Part shown: positions 1-9,626 of the stretch, one piece after another
How the letters are laid out: every line of letters starts with the position of its first letter
Numbering within the stretch: position 1 is the stretch's first letter
DNA from: Candidatus Harrisonbacteria bacterium CG10_big_fil_rev_8_21_14_0_10_40_38
GTDB lineage: Bacteria > Patescibacteriota > Minisyncoccia > UBA6257 > 1-14-0-10-40-38
Length of the DNA stretch: 55,080 nucleotides
NCBI GenBank assembly: GCA_002773535.1
Contig: PFAZ01000009.1
Location: forward strand, 100,739-155,818
Reading direction: 5' to 3'
Notes under the pieces: model-generated
Database searches by the model: none
Told to the model about the DNA's origin: nothing
Seen by the model: only the letters and a program-made list of their open reading frames with translations
Made by a program: the position numbers and the translations under genes

Positions 1-1054
1 TAGTTGGTCTATTATCGCCATTTAATCCAAGAAATACCTCTTCTCCTTGAAGGACTTTAAGACTATCTATTAAATATCTCCAGTTAAATGTTATTTCTTT
101 AAACTCTAATCCATTTGTTTTAATTGGAACCAGATAACTATTTTCACCAACTTCGTGGTTTGCTGAATATATTTCCAAAACCTTACCACTTTCTTTAGCT
201 CGGAGTTTTATATCAACAACCTTATCTGACACACTACTAACGAGCTTCACAGCATTCATAAACTTATCACGATCGGTTATAAGCTCTGTTTCGATTGTTT
301 TAGGGATAATCTGCTCGTAGTCCGGATACTGGCCATCTATGAGGCGTGAGATAATTTCTTGGTTATCACTTTCAAAGAGGATTTGGTTCTCATCAACTTT
401 AATTCTTACATTCTCTCCGTCTTTAACCATTCTTATAATTTCCTGAATTGTTTTAAGTGGAATAATAGCCTTAAAACCTCTATCCATACTTGTTTTAAAT
501 TGATAATCATAAAGTGTTTTTTCGGCGAGTCTGAAAATATCTGTAGCAACTAACTTAAGTATTGTTATTTGGAAATCAAATAATACACCACTTATTTCTG
601 GTCTTATTTCCGATATGTGAGCGGCTGATACTATTTCCGAAAGAGATTGTTTTAAAACCCCACCGTCCATTTCTATATCTCCTTCTTTTGCTTCAACTTG
701 AGGGATGATAGGGAATTCATCTGCCTTGATACCTTGGAGATTAGCTTGATAGCTATCTGTTTTAATTATCAACGTCTGATCTATTGTTTCTAGGTTAACC
801 CTTTCACTATCAATGTGTGAGATGATACCCCTTAGAGCATTTAACGGAACTGTTATTTTTCCTTTTTCGATAATTTTGCAGTTTATAAATTTATTAATTC
901 CTATTTCCAGATTCGTTGCCGAAATTTTCATTTTGCCGTTATCTACATCAATGAATATATTTCTTAAGACTGGTAGTGCCGCATTATCCATTACTATTCT
1001 TTCAACAGCAGCAAGTCCGTTTTTTAAGTTGTCTCTTAATATAATTAATTTCAT
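1..1054 (-). CDS. dnaN: DNA polymerase III beta clamp (3' end runs off the window)
   Basis: Not in ORF track. ATG at 1054 reads MKLIILRDNLKNGLAAVERIVMDNAALPVLRNIFIDVDNGKMKISATNLEIGI, a typical DnaN N-terminus; frame still open at base 2; directly downstream of dnaA. Confidence 0.95.
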   Translation of the reverse strand, partial: MKLIILRDNLKNGLAAVERIVMDNAALPVLRNIFIDVDNGKMKISATNLEIGINKFINCKIIEKGKITVPLNALRGIISHIDSERVNLETIDQTLIIKTDSYQANLQGIKADEFPIIPQVEAKEGDIEMDGGVLKQSLSEIVSAAHISEIRPEISGVLFDFQITILKLVATDIFRLAEKTLYDYQFKTSMDRGFKAIIPLKTIQEIIRMVKDGENVRIKVDENQILFESDNQEIISRLIDGQYPDYEQIIPKTIETELITDRDKFMNAVKLVSSVSDKVVDIKLRAKESGKVLEIYSANHEVGENSYLVPIKTNGLEFKEITFNWRYLIDSLKVLQGEEVFLGLNGDNRPT

Positions 1055-1249
1055 ATTATTAATTAAACTAGTAGTTGTTAGTTAGTCGAACAACTTGTTA
1101 GAAATCGTAAAAAATCTTTTCTTTACCTCGTTAATTTTAATTACTAGTGTTGTTAATATCGTATTAATATCTATGTATAACTTTTTAACAATTTCAATAT
1201 CGGTTTTTTTTCTTACACACTACTCTTGTGTTATTACATTTGTTATCAA
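1055..1249. other. AT-rich dnaA-dnaN intergenic region, candidate part of oriC
   Basis: 195-bp AT-rich spacer with a one-mismatch DnaA-box-like 9-mer TTTTTAACA (1182-1190). Position is typical of oriC; not proven. Confidence 0.45.
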
Positions 1250-2623
1250 CTAACTATCCCCACCGTCTTTCTCTATTAATTCTTTAATAGCCATTATTTT
1301 TTGATTTAGATTAGGATTTTTTTGTAGTTCTTTGGCAATTTTTTCATATGCATAAATTGCCGTAGTGTGGTCTCTTTTGCCTAATTTTCTACCAATATAT
1401 GGATATGAAAGTTTTAGTAAATCCCTTAAGAGATACATTGTTATCTGTCTTGATTCGGCAATTTCTTTTTTTCTAGATCTATTTAATATATCTATCGGCG
1501 ATATTTCGTAATATTCGGCAACAATTTTTATTATCTGATTTATATTAATACTTTTTATGGGTTTTTGAGTTGTTTCTTCTATTACCTTATTTACAATACT
1601 AGAAATTGATTCTTCATTATTTCTACTTTGGTAAAAAATTATTTTATTAATAACTCCCTCTAATTCTCTTATATTTTTCTGAACTTTTGATGCAATTGTA
1701 TTTATTGTCTCATCGTCTATATCTATTTGTTTTTCCTGTGTTTTTGATTTTATAATTGCACACCTTAGCTCATAGTCCGGGTATCCAATATCAGCTATCA
1801 TTCCACCCTCAAATCTAGACCTAAGTCTTTCTTCTAGTGTGGGGATAAATTTAGGAGCTCTATCGGAAGATATAATTATCTGTTTATTGTGTTCATAGAG
1901 TGCGTTAAAAGTATGGAAAAACTCTTCTTCTGTTGCTGTTTTTCCACCAATAAACTGAATATCATCAATCATTAAAACGTCTATAAGGCGATATTTTTCT
2001 TTAATAGTTTCCATTCTTTTATTTCTTATCGCCCAAATGACATCGTTTGTAAATTTTTCTGAAGATACATACTTAACCCTTACTTTTCCACGGTAAAGGT
2101 TTTTAATTGCGTTTCCTGTTGCTTGAATGAGGTGTGTTTTACCAAGACCTACACCTCCGTATATAAAAAGCGGATTATATTTTGTCCCAACTTCTTGGAT
2201 GATTGATTGAGTTGCGGCAAAAGCTAATTCATTTGATTTGCCGACTATAAATGAATTTAAATCGTATCTTTGGTTTAGATTTGTTTCTGGATCAACTTTA
2301 AATTCACTAAAACTTAGTTGACTCGTGTCTTCTTGTCGTTTTTTAATTATGTCGTTTTTAATTGAATTCGTTTGATTTTGAGGGACTACAATAAAATCAA
2401 TCTTTTTTGTGCTTTCATCGAGATTTCTCAAAGCTTTTAGTATTGTTTTATAGTATCTGTTTTCTATCCATTCTTTTGAAAAGTTATTTGGGAGGGCTAT
2501 GAGAGCATTTCCATCCTGTTTTTCTATTAGTCTGCTATTTCTAAACCATGTTACAAAATTTGGTCGTGAGATTTGTAATTCGATTTCCGCTAAGGCGGAC
2601 TGCCAAAATTTTTCGAGATCCAT
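1250..2623 (-). CDS. dnaA: Chromosomal replication initiator DnaA
   Basis: Walker A GGVGLGKTH, Walker B LMIDDIQF, RLRSRF, C-terminal RDHTT. Likely start MDLEKFWQ at 2623 (ORF track extends to GTG 2713). Confidence 0.98.
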   Translation of the reverse strand: MDLEKFWQSALAEIELQISRPNFVTWFRNSRLIEKQDGNALIALPNNFSKEWIENRYYKTILKALRNLDESTKKIDFIVVPQNQTNSIKNDIIKKRQEDTSQLSFSEFKVDPETNLNQRYDLNSFIVGKSNELAFAATQSIIQEVGTKYNPLFIYGGVGLGKTHLIQATGNAIKNLYRGKVRVKYVSSEKFTNDVIWAIRNKRMETIKEKYRLIDVLMIDDIQFIGGKTATEEEFFHTFNALYEHNKQIIISSDRAPKFIPTLEERLRSRFEGGMIADIGYPDYELRCAIIKSKTQEKQIDIDDETINTIASKVQKNIRELEGVINKIIFYQSRNNEESISSIVNKVIEETTQKPIKSININQIIKIVAEYYEISPIDILNRSRKKEIAESRQITMYLLRDLLKLSYPYIGRKLGKRDHTTAIYAYEKIAKELQKNPNLNQKIMAIKELIEKDGGDS

Positions 2624-2725
2624 GGGTTTATTTTTTTTAAATGTTTTAATAGCTCGTTCTATATATTTTACGCTTTCGTCTCTGTCTATAGAAGCAATCG
2701 ATTTTTCAGCCACATGTTAACTTTC

Positions 2726-2734
2726 TGTGGATAA
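2726..2734. promoter_or_regulatory. Perfect DnaA box
   Basis: TGTGGATAA (reverse complement of TTATCCACA) in the dnaA-rpmH divergent region. Confidence 0.85.
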
Positions 2735-2819
2735 CTATTATTTAAATTTCAAACTTCATGGTCTGATTTGCAGAAAAACCTTAGAACGTCTATCATGTAT
2801 TTTATGTTAATAATCTACT

Positions 2820-2828
2820 TGTGGATAG
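2820..2828. promoter_or_regulatory. DnaA box, one mismatch
   Basis: TGTGGATAG, same orientation as the perfect box. Confidence 0.6.
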
Positions 2829-2887
2829 CTTAGACAATTAGTTATTTTTCTTGTGTATTATTGATTTTACCTATATTTTAAATATCT

Positions 2888-3022
2888 ATGTCGCAAACAT
2901 ACCAACCTAAAAAGCGAAAGAGGGCCAGAACACACGGATTTCTAAAAAGAAGTAGGACAACCGGTGGTTCTAGGGTTCTAAAAAACCGAAGAAGAAAAGG
3001 AAGAGCTAAAATTTCGGTTTAG
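2888..3022 (+). CDS. rpmH: 50S ribosomal protein L34
   Basis: Below ORF-track cutoff. [44 protein letters not shown]; canonical position before rnpA. Confidence 0.97.
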   Translation: MSQTYQPKKRKRARTHGFLKRSRTTGGSRVLKNRRRKGRAKISV

Positions 3023-3027
3023 TTTTT

Positions 3028-3342
3028 ATGCTCCCGAAGCGATATAAGCTTCCAATTCAGTCATTTGTATCTATTCGTGGTAAACGTAATAGTTCTCCAC
3101 ATTTTATTCTTGTCGTTTTTCCTGCAAAATGTTCTTATCCACGCTTTGGAGTGGTTATACCAAAAAAATATGCACAAAAAGCTGTGCAAAGGAATAAAAT
3201 AAAGAGGTTTTTCTTTGATTTTATTGAAGAAAACCTTAAAAACATTGCTTTGGGAGATTATTTATTGCGTGTTAGGTCTTCGATAGATGTGGAAAACCTG
3301 GGGATAATTAATAGCGAATTAAGTAATATTTTCTTTTTGTAG
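3028..3342 (+). CDS. rnpA: RNase P protein component
   Basis: MLPKRYKL start, RFGVVIPKK, AVQRNKIKR (RNR motif); synteny. Confidence 0.93.
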   Translation: MLPKRYKLPIQSFVSIRGKRNSSPHFILVVFPAKCSYPRFGVVIPKKYAQKAVQRNKIKRFFFDFIEENLKNIALGDYLLRVRSSIDVENLGIINSELSNIFFL

Positions 3343-3353
3343 AAAAATAATAT

Positions 3354-4115
3354 ATGTTTCACGAAATTTTTTATCGTCCTCTTCTAAACGCGCTTATATT
3401 TTTATATGAGCACGTAGCATTTAATGATTTTGGTGTAGCTATAATACTCCTGACTATTATTATTCGTCTTATATTATATCCATTATTTTATAAAAGCTTT
3501 AAAAGTCAGGCTCTAATTCAGAAAATACAACCAGAAATAAAAAAAATACAAAAGGAATTTAAGGATAAAAGAGATGTTCAAGCAGAAAAGCTTATGAACT
3601 TGTATCGAGATCATGGTATAAGCCCTTTTTCTACTTTGTTTCCGATATTTGCCATAATTATACAATTACCAATCCTTATAGCTCTCTATAGGGTCTTTTT
3701 AGGAGGTATTACCCCAGAGGTTTTTAGTGATTTGTATTCATTTGTCGCAAAACCAGATGTTTTGAATACTTCGTTGTTTGGCTTGATAAACCTTGAAAAT
3801 CCTAATATACTCATTGTTGGTTTAGCTGCAGTTTTTCAATATATACAAGGAAAGGTTAGTGTTGCCTCTCTTAAGGTGCGATCTAATAGTCCGGAAATTG
3901 AGGCGGCGGAGCGAATGGGAAAGACAATGGTTTTTGTAGGTCCATTGCTTACAATTGTTTTCTTTTATTCTCTTCCGGCGGCGATTGGTGTTTATTGGAC
4001 AACAACTTCGGTTTTTTCAATATTGCAGCAGCTATATATAAATAAAACCGCAAAAGATACTATTCATAAAAACCAAAATGGAGAATCTTCAGACAACAAT
4101 CCAACAACTTCTTGA
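3354..4115 (+). CDS. yidC: Membrane protein insertase YidC/Oxa1, short type
   Basis: GVAIILLTIIIRLILYPL, IQPEIKKIQ, IQLPILIALY, YWTTTSVFSILQQ. Confidence 0.95.
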   Translation: MFHEIFYRPLLNALIFLYEHVAFNDFGVAIILLTIIIRLILYPLFYKSFKSQALIQKIQPEIKKIQKEFKDKRDVQAEKLMNLYRDHGISPFSTLFPIFAIIIQLPILIALYRVFLGGITPEVFSDLYSFVAKPDVLNTSLFGLINLENPNILIVGLAAVFQYIQGKVSVASLKVRSNSPEIEAAERMGKTMVFVGPLLTIVFFYSLPAAIGVYWTTTSVFSILQQLYINKTAKDTIHKNQNGESSDNNPTTS

Positions 4116-4509
4116 GATAGGCGGTTTTCGTGAACCGTCTGTTTCTGTTGATGTTGAAACAAGGAAGGTTGAGATTTTTGTTAATGAGGGTGAATGGTTT
4201 AAAAAATGGCTTCCATCGTTAGTTTCTGACTTTGATCACTTAATGAGATTATTTGCTAAGAAACACGATACAAAGCCTTTTTTTGTTGATATAAATAGTT
4301 ATAGAAGAGAGAGGGAGAGAATTATTGTTGATCTTGCTAATGCTGCTGCTAGAAAAGCATCTATAGAAAAATCAGAAATAAGACTTCCGTCTATGAATGC
4401 TTATGAGCGGAGGCTTGTTCATGTGGCGCTTGCGATACATCCTGAAGTTAGAACCGAGAGCGAGGGAGAAGGGAAGACCAGGTGCGTGATTATAAGACCC
4501 ATAGTCTAA
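4078..4509 (+). CDS. jag: Jag/KhpB-like R3H RNA-binding protein, short
   Basis: MNAYERRLVH R3H motif, SEGEG, DINSYR; follows yidC. Confidence 0.85.
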   Translation: MENLQTTIQQLLEIGGFREPSVSVDVETRKVEIFVNEGEWFKKWLPSLVSDFDHLMRLFAKKHDTKPFFVDINSYRRERERIIVDLANAAARKASIEKSEIRLPSMNAYERRLVHVALAIHPEVRTESEGEGKTRCVIIRPIV

Positions 4510-4554
4510 GCTTTAGAGAAAAAATTTATAAGCTGTAACAAGTTTGGTTACGGC

Positions 4555-5592
4555 TTATATTTTTATTGAGTAGAGCTTGTTGTCGTAACGGTTTATGAAG
4601 AAGAGTTTTTCTTTATATATAGAAGGATTTTGTATGCTAATTGATTGTTGGTTTGTTGTAATAGTTTTAATTTCATCAGTCTCTATATTCCAGCTAACAA
4701 TGTTTTCTTCTAAGTTATTTTTTATATAGTCATCTGGTAGTAGTATATTATTTGTTGTTCTTGTTATACCACAAAAAATAATTTTTTTATTAGAAGTACA
4801 CTTAAATGGTATAGGCGCCCCTATGGGAAACTCTATTATGTTTTGGTTCGAGGTTAGAGAGGATTTTTTAAGTCCATCCTGAGAGTAATAAGAATCAATT
4901 CTTTGTTCATTGTTAAGCCAATGTGTTGTGAGACCGATTTTTTCATTAATGGTTTTAAATTTACCAGTATTTAGGTTGTAGCTAATAATAAATCCGCTAT
5001 GAAATCCAGATGGTTTGTCTGAAAAATATATTTCATTTTCATTGGGCCAAAATATATCACTTTCGGCTATGGGTAAAATGGAAAGTGTTTTTGAGTTTTT
5101 TGTTTTGATTGTAAAGACTTTGAGCTGTAAGTCACTTGTTATGTAGGCTATTTTTTCACCAGATGGATTCCACGCCACACCACTTGTTTTTTGTGGAAGT
5201 TGGATCCATTCCTTTTGTTGTAAGTTAAAGATTGAGAATGTTTTTTGAGCTTCACCATAACCTATTAGTAGATATTTTTTCTCCGGTGAAAATTCACTAT
5301 AAAATATGTCTTCTATTTCACTACCCGATAGAATTTCTTCATTATTATCTTGGTCAATTTTAGTGATGTTTCCATTTGTTAGAAGTTTTAGGACTTCGGT
5401 GTCGCTTACTACGTAATCAAGGAGATCTTCTTCGCTTTCTTTAGATAGAATATTTGAGTTTGTGTTATTTGATACGTTTGTGTTTGTATCTTTTTTTATA
5501 AAAAGATCTTTACCAAAATAGGACCAACTTAAATATAATGTAATTCCGAACAGGATTATTATTAATATTGTAATTATTGTTTTTTTAGTCAT
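4555..5592 (-). CDS. Membrane-anchored extracellular protein, probable TolB/WD40-like beta-propeller
   Basis: N-terminal TM, Asn-rich linker, repeats FSPEK, WNPSGEKIAY, FWPNENEIYF. Confidence 0.6.
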   Translation of the reverse strand: MTKKTIITILIIILFGITLYLSWSYFGKDLFIKKDTNTNVSNNTNSNILSKESEEDLLDYVVSDTEVLKLLTNGNITKIDQDNNEEILSGSEIEDIFYSEFSPEKKYLLIGYGEAQKTFSIFNLQQKEWIQLPQKTSGVAWNPSGEKIAYITSDLQLKVFTIKTKNSKTLSILPIAESDIFWPNENEIYFSDKPSGFHSGFIISYNLNTGKFKTINEKIGLTTHWLNNEQRIDSYYSQDGLKKSSLTSNQNIIEFPIGAPIPFKCTSNKKIIFCGITRTTNNILLPDDYIKNNLEENIVSWNIETDEIKTITTNQQSISIQNPSIYKEKLFFINRYDNKLYSIKI

Positions 5593-5595
5593 TTT

Positions 5596-6231
5596 TTAAT
5601 TACCACTAGCAGTACATCGATACAACCCATCTAATCTTTCGGCACAAGAACCAGTTTCAACGCCGTTTTTTTGAGTAAATAATGTGTATTTCCCATCCTT
5701 ACATGACCAACAGCCAGTTACCTTACAAGCTGATGAATTTGTGCAAACTTTTTTACATTCTGCTAAAGCAGATGACTCTGCTTCGCTCTGAGATTTTGTA
5801 AAATCTCCAAGGCCGAAATAACTCTCTGCACAATTTTCAGCTTTGATTGGTTCAACACCTGGAACGTTAAGAAGAATGAGTTGAGGATTTATAAAGAATA
5901 ATATTGCCGAAGCTGACAGGAGAAGAATAAGACCTAGTATGGCGCTTTTAATTCTATCTGCAGATTCCTCAATTTTTGAGGGGTTGCCTCTGGATATTGT
6001 GTATTGAATTCCTCCAATAACTATCATAAATATTGCAAGAATGCCTCCGGCATATAACGCGAATCTGAATATTGTGTAGAGGTAGTCTCCTATTGAAGTT
6101 GGTTCCGAGGTTCCTCCTGGAATTGGTACGGTAAGTTTGTAACCTTCTTGTGCTTGAGTTGTGTAGGTGCTAAATAAAGGGATGCCAATTATTAGCAAAA
6201 TGCCGTATATGATTATTTTTTTATTTTTCAT
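5596..6231 (-). CDS. VirB2/TrbC-like (T4SS pilin family) protein with Cys-rich C-terminal domain
   Basis: Signal peptide (AQA-Q), two hydrophobic helices with GGILAIFMIVIGGIQY and IKSAILGLILLLSASAILFFINP; 8 Cys in the tail. Confidence 0.7.
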   Translation of the reverse strand: MKNKKIIIYGILLIIGIPLFSTYTTQAQEGYKLTVPIPGGTSEPTSIGDYLYTIFRFALYAGGILAIFMIVIGGIQYTISRGNPSKIEESADRIKSAILGLILLLSASAILFFINPQLILLNVPGVEPIKAENCAESYFGLGDFTKSQSEAESSALAECKKVCTNSSACKVTGCWSCKDGKYTLFTQKNGVETGSCAERLDGLYRCTASGN

Positions 6232-6232
6232 A

Positions 6233-6904
6233 TTACTTTAAAATCACAAGTTTTAATTGCTTGTTCACTGATTCTGTAGAGTTTTTACTATTTTTTGCTA
6301 CAACGTAAGTTAATAATTGAGATTTGTTTATTAAATTACTAGTATTAGTAATAAGCGTAGTTTGATCTTTTGGTGATCCTTCGGCTTTTATGCCATTTAC
6401 TGACCAATTGATTATTAATTCATTTGGATTATTGATTGTGAAAAAATAAGGAATTGCTTTGAAAATAATCTGATTTGGTTGTATTTCGGGGAAAATATAA
6501 ATTTCTGGGTTAGTGGTCGGTATATTTATAGTTTTATTTAAATCGGCTCCTCTATAATTCATTATTTCAGCTCTTATGTTTTGATCGCTTTTTGCAGTTG
6601 TGGTTATGGTTACTTTACCCTTTCCTTTTCCAATCAAATTTATTCCGTCATACCAACGGATTTCATTGTTTGTTAAATTTGCAAATCTTCCACTATCTAA
6701 AAGTCCTACCACTAATGTTATTTCAGATCCTTGTATTGGTAGGGCTTTGCCTTCGTAAGTGGGCGGAATATAAGAATTTGCTTTCCATGTAATAAATAAT
6801 TCTGGTCCTGTTTGGGCTTTTGTTGTTTGGGCAACAAAAGTAATTACTGTAAATATAAATACGAGCAGGGCGATTTTGTTAAGATTTTTATAAATAAATG
6901 TCAT
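6233..6904 (-). CDS. Secreted hypothetical protein, beta-rich (Ig-like?)
   Basis: Signal peptide (KAQ-T), ITWKANSYIPPTYEGKALP; 1-bp spacing to neighbours. Confidence 0.55.
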   Translation of the reverse strand: MTFIYKNLNKIALLVFIFTVITFVAQTTKAQTGPELFITWKANSYIPPTYEGKALPIQGSEITLVVGLLDSGRFANLTNNEIRWYDGINLIGKGKGKVTITTTAKSDQNIRAEIMNYRGADLNKTINIPTTNPEIYIFPEIQPNQIIFKAIPYFFTINNPNELIINWSVNGIKAEGSPKDQTTLITNTSNLINKSQLLTYVVAKNSKNSTESVNKQLKLVILK

Positions 6905-7192
6905 TTAAACTTCGTTTATGATCTTCGCTTTTTTATTAGCTACTACAATTGTCATGATAACACCTGCGGTTACGCTGGGTAGCGCGCTTACAATAGGGAT
7001 TAAATCTATTAGATTTCCTGCCAAGCTCCATCTGCTTTTTACTCCTTTCATTTTAAAATAAAGCTGAAATCCTAACAATGATGCAGGAGCTGTTAGTAGG
7101 TTTATAACCGGAATCCAATTTATTGCATCTACTATAAGTGCGGCACAAACGAGGAGGTATGTTTCTATCGTTGAAAATTTTTTGTCACCCAT
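6905..7192 (-). CDS. Small integral membrane protein of the T4SS-like operon
   Basis: 95 aa, hydrophobic, IPVINLL and LIPIVSALP motifs; tightly coupled. Confidence 0.6.
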   Translation of the reverse strand: MGDKKFSTIETYLLVCAALIVDAINWIPVINLLTAPASLLGFQLYFKMKGVKSRWSLAGNLIDLIPIVSALPSVTAGVIMTIVVANKKAKIINEV

Positions 7193-7197
7193 TATTT

Positions 7198-8904
7198 TTA
7201 CTCGGATGATTTTTCTAATATTTGTTCCGGTTTTGTGGTTATTATTTTATCTTCAAGATATGAAGCAACTACTTGTATTGCTACGCGATTGAGTCCTGCA
7301 AAAAATAACCCTTGACCAACTTCTGATTCTAAGAGGAGGTTTTTTTCTCCGTCTGTGAGATTAAAGGTTTTTGCGACGACTTCGATTGTGGCGGGGGATT
7401 GCTTTAATAAAAGTTGAAGAGCGGAGTTTGTAATAATAGGGCGTCCGTAGGGTGATCTCATAAAGTCCTCAACGTCTTGGGTTATTGTTGTGACGCCGAG
7501 ATAATATTTTCTAGCTCTTTTTACCAAGCCGAATAAAAATGATGCTCCGTCTTCATATTTCATCATCCACCAAGCCTCATCAATTATCATCATTCTCTTT
7601 TTAAGATCAGCTCTAACAAGATTCCAGATGAAGTTAAGGACGATGTACATAGCTATGGGGCGAAGCTCGTCTTCGAGGTCTCTAATAGAAAAAACAATCA
7701 TTCTGTTTTTAATATCAACGTTTGTTGGGCTATTTAAAAACCCTGAATAACTTCCTTTTGTGTATTTGTATAATCTTTCGGCAAGACCGCGCCCACCCTC
7801 CATATTTCTTAGAACGGCTTCTAAATCTTGTAGTGTTGGTGGCTCAATATTGGAAAAATCTCTTCCGGGGACTATTTCTCTTGATGCGTAAGTTTCTGTT
7901 ACGGCTCTGTCTAAGAGGGATTCCTCGTCGACAGTCATCTTTCCCAACATAATCTTTAAAAGGCCTGTGAGTGTGATTACGTGTGAACGGAGGACATCGT
8001 TGGGGTCTTCTCCTTTTGGAATGATTGGCACATCAAATGGATTGATATGATTTCCGGATGATAGTGAGATTCTAAAAAAACTTCCACCAACGGCTTCTGC
8101 TAGTTTTTCGTATTCGTTTTCCGGATCAATGATTAAAATATCTACTCCCATCATAAGGAGACGAATGGCTTCGAGTTTTGTGGCATATGATTTACCAGAT
8201 CCGGATCTTGCAAAAATCGCCATATTATAATTTTCAAGCGAAAATCTATCGAAGATTATAAGAGAGTTATTATGCCTGTTTACGCCATATAAAATTCCAT
8301 TATCTGAAGTTAAGTCTACTGAAGCGAACGGGAAAAATGATGACAATGGACTTGAATTTAGAGGTGTAAGAACTTTTAATTTGTCGACTCCAACGGGAAG
8401 GGTTGATGAAAAACCATCGACTTGTTGGAAAAGCGCTGTTTTTGCGTATACTAATCTACTCTCTAGAAGTGTGGTTATTTCTGTTTCGGCGTCTGTTAGA
8501 GATTTAACGTCGTCTCCATATATTGTGATATACACACCGACCGAAAACATGTTTTCTTGCGCCTGTTGAAGGGAGTTCCTTAAGTTTTCAATGTCTTCTA
8601 TTGCGGTTTCTAACTCCGGGCTTCTAACTAACCCTTTTTCATTATTTTCATTTATTTGCGCTTCTACTTGTGCGGCTTTTTTCCGTAAATTTTTTAAAGC
8701 CATAGGGGTTTCGATCGGGTTTATATAAATAGAAATATCTAAGAGTTTAGGCATGTTAATAATGGGAGAGAACCATCCGGTTGATAGATATCTTGGATAG
8801 GTGAATATAAAAAATGTTTTTGCAAGTTTGTCGCCCAAACGTATGTAGTTTGCGGTTACTTCGATAGCTGCAGGAGCTATTATGTCTTGAATTTCTTTTT
8901 TCAT
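7198..8904 (-). CDS. VirB4/TraC-like secretion ATPase
   Basis: Walker A ARSGSGKS, IIDPENEY, Walker B IIDEAW, RARKY, TITQDVEDF, LLLKQ. Confidence 0.9.
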   Translation of the reverse strand: MKKEIQDIIAPAAIEVTANYIRLGDKLAKTFFIFTYPRYLSTGWFSPIINMPKLLDISIYINPIETPMALKNLRKKAAQVEAQINENNEKGLVRSPELETAIEDIENLRNSLQQAQENMFSVGVYITIYGDDVKSLTDAETEITTLLESRLVYAKTALFQQVDGFSSTLPVGVDKLKVLTPLNSSPLSSFFPFASVDLTSDNGILYGVNRHNNSLIIFDRFSLENYNMAIFARSGSGKSYATKLEAIRLLMMGVDILIIDPENEYEKLAEAVGGSFFRISLSSGNHINPFDVPIIPKGEDPNDVLRSHVITLTGLLKIMLGKMTVDEESLLDRAVTETYASREIVPGRDFSNIEPPTLQDLEAVLRNMEGGRGLAERLYKYTKGSYSGFLNSPTNVDIKNRMIVFSIRDLEDELRPIAMYIVLNFIWNLVRADLKKRMMIIDEAWWMMKYEDGASFLFGLVKRARKYYLGVTTITQDVEDFMRSPYGRPIITNSALQLLLKQSPATIEVVAKTFNLTDGEKNLLLESEVGQGLFFAGLNRVAIQVVASYLEDKIITTKPEQILEKSSE

Positions 8905-9608
8905 TATTCGTTTTCTATAGCATTTCTTCTTTCGACGACACTTGGGTTGTATAGATTATAAAAAAGGTCTAAAAGCTCGTCACCGTTTAGTGATACCGCT
9001 CTTAGCCCTATTTGATTTAAACCGCTTACCACCTGATCTACCCGGTGAGTTATTTGTTCTATATGGCGAGAAAGTTGTTTTTCATCGCTTTCGCCTGATT
9101 CTGGTAGTCTTTCGGTTGGTTTTCCTATTCCTTTCTTTTTAAGAACTCCGAAAATCTTGTCAGTTATTGCTTCTCCGCCTCCTGATAACTGAATTGGGTC
9201 ATAGGGGACAACTACGAAGTAGTTTTTAGCCATAATGGCATTTTCGCCGACAAATGATTTAATAAATTCACGGTATTCGGATATTTGATTTTTTAGAAGC
9301 CCATTTTCTTCTTCGGATTCTCGTAAAACCAGTCTCTCTAAATAATTATCAACGTTTAGTTTTCTTGAGTGTATAAAAATCTGGATAGAAAAATCGAGGG
9401 AGTTTAAAAAACTTTGAAAGGATCCGATAATCATTTCCTGTTCATCTTCTGATTTGAGGTCAAAATTTATACCGGAGATCATCAGAATTTGGCGAAGGCC
9501 TCCGCTTTTTAAGAGAAGGGTGTTTCCCTGAACGCCTTTGATTTCGATAAATTTTTGAGAAGGAAGAGCACCTCCTTTATCTGGCATTTTTTCTTTTGTT
9601 TCGGCCAT
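8904..9608 (-). CDS. Hypothetical protein resembling a VirB4/TraC N-terminal module
   Basis: INFDLKSEDEQE, FLNSLDFSIQIFIHSRKLN; stop overlaps the ATPase start (TAATG). Confidence 0.6.
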   Translation of the reverse strand: MAETKEKMPDKGGALPSQKFIEIKGVQGNTLLLKSGGLRQILMISGINFDLKSEDEQEMIIGSFQSFLNSLDFSIQIFIHSRKLNVDNYLERLVLRESEEENGLLKNQISEYREFIKSFVGENAIMAKNYFVVVPYDPIQLSGGGEAITDKIFGVLKKKGIGKPTERLPESGESDEKQLSRHIEQITHRVDQVVSGLNQIGLRAVSLNGDELLDLFYNLYNPSVVERRNAIENE

Positions 9609-9626
9609 AGCAATAGTATACCAGAG

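Noticed and set aside
2624-2713. N-terminal extension of DnaA (similar extensions in pcrA, ECF sigma, FemABX, protease)
   Set aside because: Longest-ORF artefacts; family-typical starts lie downstream.
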